Source: Klebsormidium nitens (taxonomy: Eukaryota; Plantae; Klebsormidiophyceae). From it: DNA of 64,000 bases. Below the pieces are notes generated by a model. It was not told the DNA's origin, ran no database searches, and worked only from the letters and a program-made list of their open reading frames with translations. A program made the translations under genes and the position numbers. Below are positions 24,605 through 36,200 of the stretch, piece by piece (position 1 is the first letter of the stretch; each line of letters starts with the position of its first letter). The stretch covers positions 124,001 to 188,000 of the forward strand of contig DF236958.1 in assembly GCA_000708835.1 (NCBI GenBank). Direction: 5' to 3'.

Positions 24605-26925
24605 TCAAACTGCAGATGGACATTGAGGCACCTCTTCCTCCTTAGGCTCAATGCGCTGGAACGAGCGCGGCGCACGAGCTTCACACACCCCAACTTCAAC
24701 GGCTAGACAGAGGCCCCCAACCCCACGGTACCTCATGCTTATGTACAGTTGTGTCCCCGCTAGCGACAGCAGGAGACAGATCCACGTGGCGGGCGCTCCG
24801 GCCTGTTTGAACGTCAAGCCGAAAAGGCCGCTGAGCAAAGGGACCATGGGGCGGACAAAAATCACCGAGAACCTGCGAACGAACAATAAGAAAAAGTTCC
24901 TTCACTGAGCCGGGTTGGGTCATTTGCAGCTCTTCAAGAACCTTGATTCCTGGTTTTCACGTTACACGAGATCTTTCAAGCAGATTGACTCGTTATAACA
25001 GACTGTCGTGAAACATATGCACGGCCCTAGTGTTTTCCACTACTTTCCTCCGCTTTCTTGGAAAGCAGACAGGGCCTCAACCTAGCATTCGGATGCGGCG
25101 TTCGCTCAGATTCGGTTGTACTGGTGCAGGGGAGCGTCCCGGAGAATCCCTTCGAGCTTAAAGTGGCGCGAAATCCAAAAGCAGCCCAGAAGCTGATGCC
25201 GTGTGCGAAACCGTCAAGAATTGATATTGTCTGCATGGTCGCGAACCCGTTGGCTCCTTCAATGTCGCTTAATTACAGGGTTTTCGCCTACAGAAATCAC
25301 AATCGTATACGATTGAACGGAAATGTACTTTCATTGGTCAGCCAAAAAATGATCGATTGAAAGCAAAGAAGTGGTGAGAGGAAGCTTGTTGCGCCTCACC
25401 CGACCGCGGCTGTCCGTATCATCCACTCCCGATGCAGCTGAATCCGCTTCCGCCGCACGCTCCACACCGCGCTTCCGGCGGAAAAGAGCCACGCCGGCCC
25501 CAGAAAGAACATCGCGATCTCAAAGCTCTTGTCAAACTGACTGTACGGCGCCATAAGCATCCCAGTCACCGATAATACGCACCCCGAGGCCAGGAAAGCG
25601 TAACCGCTGGCCCGGTGCATGGGCAAGCGTTTCAGCCGCATGCCGTCAATGAATTGTACGGGGCCTGTGAGGCAGTAGACGATGGCGCACGTGGCATGGA
25701 CTTGCCAATAGCGTATGTGGTCGAGAACGGTCTGCGCGTACGTGCTCGGGTCGGGGAGACCGTCCGCTTTGTCTGCGTATCCGGAAAGAAACGGACGTCA
25801 GAATCCAAAGACGAGGCCGAAGCCAGACAATCACGAGAATCTGCGCACTACAAAACAGGGACCCGGTTTTTAAGCCCAGTTTGTGATACAGGAAAGAGAG
25901 AATTTAGCTCAGCGCTGAGCTGGAAAAGGGAGTTTTCCATCGTCAAGATGTTGGGGTCGAAAAGGGCGGAAAAGGCGTTGCAGACTCGCAGCTCAGTACT
26001 GTCTCCATTACAAGTCGAAAGCTTCAAATAATGGAATTTGTTCGATCCTCATAAGAAAACGGGACGGCCTGGCCCAAAGTACCACTGAAAATACGTCTAC
26101 TTATCGTCTTGAGCAAAGGAATAACAAGAAACAGGAAAAGGAGTGAGTACCGCTTCTTACCGATGCTCATCTCTCTAATGGCAGGCTCCCTTGCGAAGAC
26201 ATAGACCTACACGGGATAGCCGAGGAAATGACTGATATTTGTGGCAGTACCCCCTGTCAACAACTTGAGAATCTAACCTTCTAACGTGTCTCATTTCTTC
26301 TCCTTGCAACACAATAAAACGAGACCCCTTTGTGAGACCATTCCCCAAAAAAAGGGACGAAGTAGGAACAAGTTTAGGGCCGATCAGAATGTGGAACCTT
26401 TCGGCCAGACTGATTTATCGATTCGAAGTCACTTCTCAGGGGGCCTTTGGAAGCGCATCTTTCAGTTGGAACCAGTTTAAAGATCATATGAAGATCGGCC
26501 ATAGTCGGGGTCCTGATTATATGCAAATGTCCAGTTCGATTAGGCAAAGTAGCCTCTGGAATTTGGCATGCCAGTCAGCAAAATCCCTCTGCCCGAGCAA
26601 AATTTCGCAGGGCTTGGGCGGGCTTTAAAGAGGGCCAAATCAGAGCATCCGAGACCCTTGCGTAATAAGCACTCAAAGCCCTGAGACTCACCAAAGCGCC
26701 CGCAGAAAAAGGGATTGCGGCTATCACCACAATCCACCAGCAGATATTTGGCCAGACCTGCAAAACCAGATGCTCGCAGAACTCCCTCAACGCTGAACCG
26801 GCGCTTCCTTTCGGATCAAACTCCTTTCTAATTTGCGTTTGTGGCTGCTCAGAGTCGTCAATCAAGAGAGCTACTGCCGTCGTCTCCTCACTGTTTCCGG
26901 GAGCCATGTTTGATCCGGGAGCCAT
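24605..26925 (-). CDS. DUF2306-like multi-pass membrane protein (~306 aa)
   Basis: Exons 26925-26692, 26206-26161, 25772-25400, 24872-24605 (921 nt, phases consistent). Motifs HATCAIVYCLTGPVQF..RLKRLPMHRASG and AVWSVRRKRIQLHREWMIR match the DUF2306 pattern, and there are several hydrophobic helices. Confidence 0.75.
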
Positions 26926-26932
26926 GTTTGAT
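26893..26932. repeat. Exact 18-bp tandem duplication at the DUF2306 start, giving two in-frame ATGs
   Basis: ccgggagccatgtttgat occurs twice in tandem, encoding MAPGSN-MAPG on the minus strand. Confidence 0.85.
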
Positions 26933-27565
26933 CCGCTGAGTGCCAATACTTCCGGCCGCCTGCGCCACTTAGGAGAGAAAGTGACCAGCTATGCGGAAAT
27001 GTCTTCTTTCATCCGCAGATAGGGATTGAAGACGCTTTCAACGCACTCTAAGTACCGTGGATTTCCCCCAGGAATGTCTGTTGGGCGTTGACGATTTGCA
27101 GACAAAATCTTTTGCCCGCACTTAAAGACGCGAGTGTGCCTTTTTTGGACGTCGGAGAATATCGGTGTAGGTGCTCAATGATTGGTGACTGGGGGGTATT
27201 TGACCGCCCTGGCCTAAATACTAAAATTCCGGAAATAATACAAGATTTGAAGAGTCTTCTCTTCTTCTTTCGAACTTCATCTACAAGGGTGGCTTGGCTC
27301 AGTGAGGATGCGCCAGCCGATCTGTTGCTGAGAGCATGCTGCTGGGAGCTGCATGTTACGCAGAATTACGGACTGCAGTTTGGACTGGGCCTGTAACGAG
27401 GATTCCGAACAGCAGCGCGCAGGCTGGGCCAAGTACTCTGAACGTATATCCTTTAGCGAATAACCTGCAACTACAGTACTAGGTCGCAAGCAGACGCCTT
27501 GAAATGTTAGCAGCATACACTACTATTGCATGCAGAGTCGGATTTATATTAGCAAGGCCGGTTAA

Positions 27566-28315
27566 GGTGGTAGGACGGTAATTCAGGTTGGATTGACCCT
27601 GGTTTACGTTCTGGTTCATAGAATGTTCAAAACTAAACCAAATCAGGTTTCGTCTTCTCCAATGGCTTCGAGACACCCTCGGGGTCCTCTCGAAGCTCCT
27701 CTAACCACCTCGAAGTAGTTTGGGTCAGTCTGAGAAACCCTGCCAACTCCAAACAACCTGGTTCAAAGGGGTATTTCCATTGGATTTTCTGCCTGTCAAC
27801 TGCCACGATAAATTTCCTTCGAACAAGAGGAAATCACCTTCGGGGCAAGCTGGGATGTCAAAAACATTTTTCCAAAAAAAATCTGACGGAAATGTGCACC
27901 GCCAGGGGGGAACATACCTGGTCAACAACCTGAGAAAAAACCATTTTGAGCATATAAGCTGGGAGTTTTGACCATTAACGGTGCACATTTTCGTCAATAT
28001 TGTGATTTAACCGTTCGATAGACATCCCAGCTTGCCCCGATTCAGTTTTAGGGGGGTCAATGAGAATTCTATCATTTCGTTTTTCTGACGGCCAAGGGTT
28101 CATGTAGGGGGGTAAATGTTCAAACTTCCTCACTTCAGACTTTCCTCGACAAGTCGTCAGTGAGTTCGAGGTGGTCCCAGAGTGCTCGAGGGGGCCTCCT
28201 TGGTCCCCCCCGAAAGATGCAAAAGACGGGACTCGATTTGACCACGTTATGACCAAGTTACGCCCCTTCAAACCCTAGAAACCCTCTTTTCTGGCTGAAT
28301 TACCGTCCTACCACC
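27566..28315. mobile_element. Non-autonomous DNA transposon (750 bp) with perfect TIRs flanked by TTAA
   Basis: Left ttaa|ggtggtaggacggtaattcag (27562-27586) and right ctgaattaccgtcctaccacc|ttaa (28295-28319). Internal inverted repeat cggggcaagctgggatgtc (27841-27859) / gacatcccagcttgccccg (28021-28039). No transposase ORF. Confidence 0.85.
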
Positions 28316-30293
28316 TTAACGGTACGTCGGTCGGTACGGTATTTCTTCTTTTCTTTATGGGCCTGATATGCGCTGATTTCGTGATCCAGGACAGTGTACC
28401 ACGATAACGTGACGCCTGTGCCAGTGGAGATGGGGCTTTCCGAGAAAGATTCAAAAATTGGAGAGCTTACGCAATCGAGGGATCCCTCCCTCTTGAGTTT
28501 GAGATTGTACGGACGCCATCACCGTGACGACACCGAACGACGATGTGCACACCGAGCCGCATGCTTGAAGTCCAATGCAGGCGCGCCGCGGTCTTGCCGG
28601 CCGCGGCCGCATGATACATGATGACTCGGATGTCGAGCCCGGCCGCCTTTGTGTCCTTATGCCAATGGTCGTAATCGCTCACTCACATGCGGCATACCGC
28701 AGGTACTTCGCGTTGCCATATTGGCGTGTCCAATCAAGTCAGACAGATTGCTTGTCAAATTGTCCAATAGTACCGGGCGGGGGCGGTCAAGTCGTTCACT
28801 CAGACATAGGTAGTGTATGGAGCTATTGCACTCAGCGCTATTTTCTAATTAAATATCACAGACTCCAATTCAAAGAAAAGCTCCTATGAACCGGGCCGGC
28901 TGTCTATAGACAGCTTGTCCTGTGTATTGAATCATGTTCGATTTTGCATGCATATAAACACGCGCCGGCCAGCATGTCAGATGAGCTTGATGCTATAGCT
29001 TGATTCTGTACGAGTTGCGGGCTGACTAAGTGAAAGACTATCATTATTAATGGCAACCGATGTATTCGACATGAGCCTGAGCTATAAACAATAGGTGGTG
29101 AATCACGAGCTATTCTGTGCTCTGCAACGTGGCGACAATACTCAAACCATATGACGGCATGGCCTTGATGGCTGGCATAGCACTCACTCGTATACTCCCA
29201 GATCTGGGGGCCTCCCCACTTGTGCATATATATTATCTTCAACAGGAGCTAGGCTTTTCCAACTCAATAGCACTAGGCTGTATAGAACCGGCCAACATTA
29301 ACCATGATGCGCCCTTTTGCTTTCCAAGCGGCTCGGAGCCGGAGTCTTCTCAGTTGGTCATGCTGTGCGACGAAAAACCAACCGAAACACAGAAATTTCC
29401 GTCCGTTAACCATGGATGATTGCGGGCTGCTCAAACGATCATGTCCAATAACCAGACTTGGGCAGGCTTACGGACCCGCTCTTCATTTGATAACGCGGGA
29501 CCAGTCTGCCAACAGCCTGGTTAGCAGCCGAGAATCTCTTGTGTAAGCGACCTGGCTCAGTCGCCCAGCCGCTGGCCCATGAAGGAGGCCACCATGTCGT
29601 CCACTTTGGAGCAACCCAGAAGTACATTCCGATGGCTTGCGAATTCCGACAAGCTTTGTAGGTACGCATGCTTGAGACTTTGCGGAAGCTCGCAGGCCCA
29701 TGTAGTCTTTGGCCGCCTTATGTCACTTGAACCTTTCAATCTGCGGAAAGGTGAATCTATGGTACACAGTGGAGCAACTACGGCCTTTCCCCTCTTCATT
29801 AATCACCGCTAGTGCGAACGGCTGACGTCACGACGTCTTCCAGATGTCAGCGTCATCTTGAAGTCGCGACTGAAGGGAGAAGGGACAGCAATAACTTTTG
29901 ATTCGTTAATGCTTCCTGAGTACGTAAAGGGCCAAGACGCAAGAAACACGTATCCAACGAACTCTGGAGACACTGTCTTAACCGCCGCGATCAGACTGCC
30001 CGAAAGTACGCTGTGCTAGTCGAAAATGGGTGCAAGATTTCCCGCAGGTAGCAGGACTGATTCGTCCCTACAGCGACGTGTGGTATTCCCGGGCCAACGT
30101 AACGCTTTCACGTACCGTTATTTAAGACAGTGGGAAAGCGGGGGTGGGTCACGAGAGAAAGCTTGGAAAATCGATGTTCCTTGCCTGCACTGAGAGTCTT
30201 TTGCGATATGGACATTTGCAGAGCCATTGAGGAGGCTTACGTGCTGTGTGAATGTGACGTACTCCCGCAGCGTATGCAGCATTTTGCCCTCCG

Positions 30294-33200
30294 TCAAGTA
30301 CAGTGGGTCGGTGGACTGATCTCTTTGTGGTGAAGGGCAGCCGAATGCGCGAGGCACTGCGCGCTGGACTCAAACTCGCGGCCGCATGCCGCGCACTTGA
30401 ACCCACCTGGGCGCAAGGGAAGAGCAAGAGTTCAAAAAAGAAGCGCCGACGAGAAACTGTGGAGCGAGCTGTAGCAGAGCAAAAGAGAAAGCGGGGCAAG
30501 AAACAGAGTGGACAACAGGTCTGTTGATTCGTGCGCCTGAGAATATGCCAGCATTGCTTGTATTGTTTGTCCAGAAGGAAACGGATATCAAGAGGAGAGA
30601 TGAAGTTTGCTTGGATCCCAGAGGATTTGCCTTGACAATTCCCGGGCCATCAAGCACAGGCGTCTCTTGAGAACAACATGGCTAAAGAAACAAAGCTGTA
30701 AGGGAGTTAAAGGGAGGGCAGAAGAAGCGACAGAGACGGAGCATGTTCTCGTACAATACAATTGCCTAAGAAGCTCCATTTTAAAATCTGCTTGCCCTGC
30801 CCTTTTAGCCCGGGAATGAAGAAGGGAAGCCTCAGCAGTTTCGCCGCTTCGGGAGTGGGCGAAAAAGAGCCATCTTCTGTGCAGAATCGCGACACGCAAC
30901 CATGCTTAGGGCTTCGTTAGCAATGGTTAGACAAATGGGTTTACCTGGCGCGCCCTTCCTGAAGAAGGCATGTTGCATGGCCTCGTCCGCGCTAACCCGT
31001 TCTTCCGGGTTCCAATGCAGCAGCCGCCTCAACAGGCGTACCCCCCAGATGTCGATTTCGGCTTCCCCCCCAAGGGGATCCCTCGCCCGCAGCTGTTTGA
31101 GAAACGACTCCTCGCTGCACTGCCAGGCTAGTGCCCCGCCGCGACCTTGTTCTGAATCGTTGCCCCGGCTATTCGAACCGGGCTCCGTCGAACTGCGCAA
31201 GCTAAACCTGCCCCTGGCAATCTTCAAAACGAGATTTGGCAAGCTCCCGAGCCACCGAGCTATGTTTGATACCATATTTGATTCCCCCTGTGCACGTGGT
31301 TTCTCATCTTCCGCCGTCCGTCCAGTTTCCGTGGAAGGCGGAAAAAGGGCCGCCATCGGTGCGGGGGGGTAGATGCACAGCTCCAGAAAGGCCCTCAGAA
31401 CGTACGCCAGCTCCTTACACGTGGCGTCGCGGCAGCCTGCCAGGTGGCGCTCCAAGAGCGCGCGTGTGCGTGCAGACACTTGGAAGACGTGGGGGTTGCC
31501 GAGCAGAAGTTCGAGAAAAAGAACGCCCGCGCTCCACATGTCGTACCTGCCGGTTGGGAAAATGTGGCTAGAATCGAGGTCCAGGTCGGTTGAGGAATAC
31601 TTCTGCCCTCACCATGAAGAAGGCTGAGATTTTTGCTTGGGTTGAACGCTTTCGGACGAAGCACAGGGTTGGGCCCTTTCCCCTCGCACCCAAGATGTTG
31701 CACGGTCAGTCTGGAGTTCAATAGGTGCGATTTAGCTACAAAACGAAGCAATATTACTGAACTGCCTGCCTTCTTTGAAGTATCGAACTCTGTGTCGAAA
31801 ACAACATCTTGGGTTCAAGAGGGGTTTGTCTCTTCGGCCAGCCTAACCACCAGACGGAGTCCCTGCCGGGCCAGGCCATGACTGGGTGGATGAGTTAGGA
31901 CGCTTTATTACAAATCAGCTCGTTGCATACACCACTTGCACAAAATAAGCAGAGCATCGAACAATATACATGTCGCAGTAGTGTTCGCCCGTCTGCTTGA
32001 CGGACCTCGTACCGAAACCAGTTCCTGGATATTTCCATACCCTAAATCGATCTCCGAATGGTCAAAAGACTCACTTGGCGGCCTTGTCCGGTCGCCGTGG
32101 CAGCCAGGGCTCCTGAGCGAACAGCGCCTCGGGGGGGGAGTACTCCGGGGTCTCCTGTAACCTGCGCAGCGACGCGGCGCGTTGCTATTCGGAACTATTT
32201 CCAACGACTCTCGGGCTTTCGTATCACAGACGTGCCTCCGTCTCGGTGTCCGTTTTTGCATTCCTGTGGCGGACTTGGTTGAGCACATGTCCATCGAAGC
32301 AGCGAATCGAGGACTGCACGTTCAACTCGGTACTGTCGATGTCTGATTCTCCAGCTTGAAATCTGACCTCATCCACCTATTATGCCAGTATGACATTTTC
32401 GAAGCCTCGAACTTTTCAGGCTTAGGCCTTGGGCTTAGGCCCTTGGTATAGACGAGGCATAATTTAAGGTTGTATGATTATTTGAAAGGTCCCTGCGTGC
32501 CTGTGAGATGGTGCGCCTCCGGCGCCATGCACTGTCAAGCCAAATGAGGTTAAGCTGAAGCGGCACGGTCAACTTTCTCAAACCCAGAATTCCAGGGTTG
32601 GACTCAATGAGGAGGGTCAGAAGTCCACGCACCTCGAAGGGCCGTGCACCCCAGGGCGGTGGTGAGCCGAGGGGCTCCATGCACAATAAAGCCACTTTTA
32701 GTTACGGTAACCCGACACGGCCAACAATGTTTAATTCAGGGGTTCCAGGGTTGAACACGTGAGTGGTAGGGTAAAAGTCCACGCACCTGGAAGGGCCGTG
32801 CGCACCGTAGAGGTGGTGAGCGGCGGGGCTCCACGCGCTGCCGAAATCGATGAGGCGCAGGCTCAGATTGGACGCCTGTTGCCAGGCGGACGGGTCCGAT
32901 GCGCTGTGTGCGGGGCGGGTTACCAACAGAAGGTTATCTGCAAAAGGGTCAAATGATGGGTAAACCGATGCACACGTTGTCCTTGGGAAATACAAACAAG
33001 GAATAGGGTGACAAGTTGTGGTTAGCCGGCGGTTTTCACGGCTCTGGGATTGGAGCCTGCTGCCAATCGGACGGAGCCGAAGTGGGGTCCGCGGGCCAGG
33101 TCATCAGAAAAAGGCGAATTCAAACAAAGAGAGTAAAACTCGACATGACTCACGCCAAGCGAGACACTACAAAACTAACACGGAAGCACGGCAGAGACGA

Positions 33201-36200
33201 GAAGACCTGAGCAGAACAGACAGGCACCCAACAGAAATTCTTTTCTGGGCGCGTTCTCACCCGGCTTGACGTCCCTGTGCGTGACGTCATGCTGATGGCA
33301 GGTGCGCAGCGCGGCCAGGAGCTGCCACATGATGCTCTTCATCTCCTGCCGCCCGCGGACGTCCGTACGCAGCCACCGCCACCATGCGGACGGTGTAACC
33401 ACGCCCAGGCCGGGACGGTCGCCGGACGGGGCCGGGCTGCCCAGAAAAACGCTGACGTGAGGTTTGGGACGCTGACGTATGAGTTCGGACTCGCATTTCA
33501 TAGTCAGCATGTCAACGCGGATCACCAAAAGGTGCAGAAGCACAAGACGCGGACGGTGTAACCACGCCCAGGCCAGGACGGTCGCCGGACGTTGCCAGGC
33601 TACCAAGATGAAACACTGAACTGAATAAATCTCAAGAAAGATAATAACAAGCCAAGATAATGATAAGCTCCGACTAACACTGGAAACCCTAACCCAAAAA
33701 GATACCTGCTCCGCACCCATACCCACCCTACACACCAAACTAGCCGTACCCGTCCCAATGCGATTACCTTATTATTATCTCGGCTTATCATTATTTTTCT
33801 TGAGTTCCATGCCGGGCTGCCCAGAGAAACTCCGACATGAGGTTTCGCACGCTAATTTTCGGACTCTGATTCCAATGTCAGCATGGTAACGCGGATCACA
33901 CAGAAGGTGCAAAAGCACAAGATGCCTCCCGCGCTTGTAGAAACCTCTGACGCGTTTCTGGATTAACGGAGTCCTATTCGACTTGGTGATCTCCAACCTT
34001 GATATCGGATGAGCGTCAAGCTGACGGTCGCTGGGTAGGGTTCTAACACTGAACTGAAGTTAACCCCCGGGCCCTCAATATGACACCGGGCAAGAAGAAC
34101 TTGCAAGTTTGGATTGACAACATTGGAAGCGGTACTTCATTGTGAGAAGTTCGAAAATGAATTCTGCCGTTTGCAAAATGCACACCTGTCGTACATCCAG
34201 TCCCGGAGGCTTTTCCCCTCGTCGCGGAAGACCAGCCACAGCTCTCGGCCCGAGTGCATCTCAAAGGAATCTATGTACCTGGAAAAGAGAGGACGGCAAG
34301 ATTCAGGGGTATTTGCGTGGGTCCGCAGTGCTGACAGCCAGCAAAGAACGCTCTCCTCACAGCAGAAGCTTTGGCGATCTTCGACTGGATCAGAAAAGGC
34401 CTTCGATACATGTGAATTTCTGTATTGAACTCTTCCACAAAATTTCATTTCGAATTGTTACTGAGATGCTATGAAACAAGTCTGGTCTTCGGCTTTTGAG
34501 AGTCGTCGGTCCATGCCCTTTCAACTTCCACGTCGTACTTTATAACTTGACTCTGTTGCATCTCTTTCTCTCTGTTTTGCTCTACTGAATAGGCCCCCAA
34601 CGGCATTCACCAAGAGGTTCTTAAGGGCTTCTCAAAGACTTCTAGACTCGCTCATCAAGTCTGACTTGTTTGGAAAAAACGAGTACCCACTCGTTTTTGT
34701 TTTTCAATCTAACATCCCTCTTCTACCTGACCAGGTGCGAGTAATCGCCGCCCGAACCCTGGGCCTGCGTGCCGCCGCTTCCAGGGTTCGCGCTTGGCTC
34801 GGCGTGAGCTGTCGTCTGCTCGTGCTGCCACGTGGCGCTCGCGTTCATCAGCATCTCCCCAAAGAACTTTTCCCGCAGACCGCTGAGGCGTACCTGTCGT
34901 CAGATTATACTTCCGTTGTCCCAAGTCTGAACTTGATGACGAATCAAAGCCAGGCACGTTGTGCCCTTATTGACCAAAAAGATTACGAGAATAGACTCAG
35001 GTTTACGGTCAGAAACCCTTGTCCTCTTCATTATGGCGATCCGAATAACATGCTCTTCCTCCTTCGAACCAAGGACCAGTCAAACACGCTGCATTCTGAC
35101 CGTTGACTGAGGCATTGTCGAGTACCCACTGTACCAAAAGTTCGCAGGCCTGCGTTTCAACTCTTGACGCGCTGTGCAATATGCAATTTGAAGATCTCAA
35201 ACTAAGTATTGGATTGTAGTATTTGAATCCTGGGGGAGTAGAGCCCTGTACCTCCCCGCCCTTTTCCACTAGCAGCCGCTTGAGGATGAACAGCGTTCCC
35301 GCATCCCCATGGCAATTTTTTCCCTCCTCTCCATCGAAGTCCGATGAAGTGCTCCTCGCGTCCGTATACCGGCACCTGGCAGGAGAAGAGCCAATTGCCT
35401 TACGCAATACGGCCACGAGTTTTTCTGTTTTTCTTTTTTCTTTTTTTTTGGCACGTATTGTTTTACGGGTCTCAGACTGATATTTGATAATTTGGGAACG
35501 GTGCGGACATGTGACCGGTCAACTACGTCCGGTGTCTGTGCTCGAAAGCTACCTGCGGTTCCTATCTGCTTCGCTGACTCTGGCCACACGTAAACCGTCT
35601 GATCAGAGTCCGGATTATCAAGGGGGCTTTGTCTAAAGCGTAAGATTGAATCCTTCCAACGACACTTTTCTGCGGATGTCTCAGTCTCTGTATGCACCGA
35701 GAGGCTTCGTAAGGGTATTTTTCAAAGGCGATTGCAAAGGTTTCTTCCAGCCTCTAGCGAAGTAGCCAACAACAATCAACGTATGTAGTCACGAGTGCAC
35801 CAGATCACAACGTTTGCTGACCTGCGTCCGTGGTTCTCAGACTTGTCCGGCACGCGAACGGCGCGCCAAATCTCGCCGAAGGAGCCCTTTGCAAAGTTGT
35901 TTCGGAGCAGGTATCGATACCTGCGGATGACACCGACGACATAGTGTGGTACTAGATAGCGAATCGAGGCCTCGACCCTGTCAGTTGTGTTCATAAGATA
36001 CGACGTACTTAGTCAGTGAATCGTGCTCTCTTTGCGAAAAGAGAGGGCTGGACTTCCTGCAATCCCCTCCGAGAAACTAACTGCTGGCGTTTGAGCGAAC
36101 ATGAACGAGAGGCCAAGACCTTCCGGGTACGAGCTGTCGACTTTGTAGAGCCTCTCCTCTCAGGAACTAGATGTGATTCCTACTTGAGTTAAAGCCGACA

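Noticed and set aside
28400-29800. Several short ORFs and isolated splice-like signals between the TIR element and the kinase 3' end
   Set aside because: No phase-consistent model or recognisable motifs.
495-29835. TGACGTCA (bZIP/CRE-like) motifs at ~501 and ~29823 near putative promoters
   Set aside because: The octamer also occurs in coding exons and introns, and enrichment cannot be shown from this window.
30303-30527. Plus-strand Lys/Arg-rich ORF (…KSKSSKKKRRRE…) resembling an NLS peptide
   Set aside because: It is the reverse complement of the polypyrimidine tract and zinc-finger exon of the minus-strand kinase gene.
30832-30944. In-frame read-through ending of the kinase ORF (…RPLPKRRNC*)
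   Set aside because: A good donor at 30945 and a phase-matched C2H2 exon give a better model. It remains possible as an intron-retained isoform.
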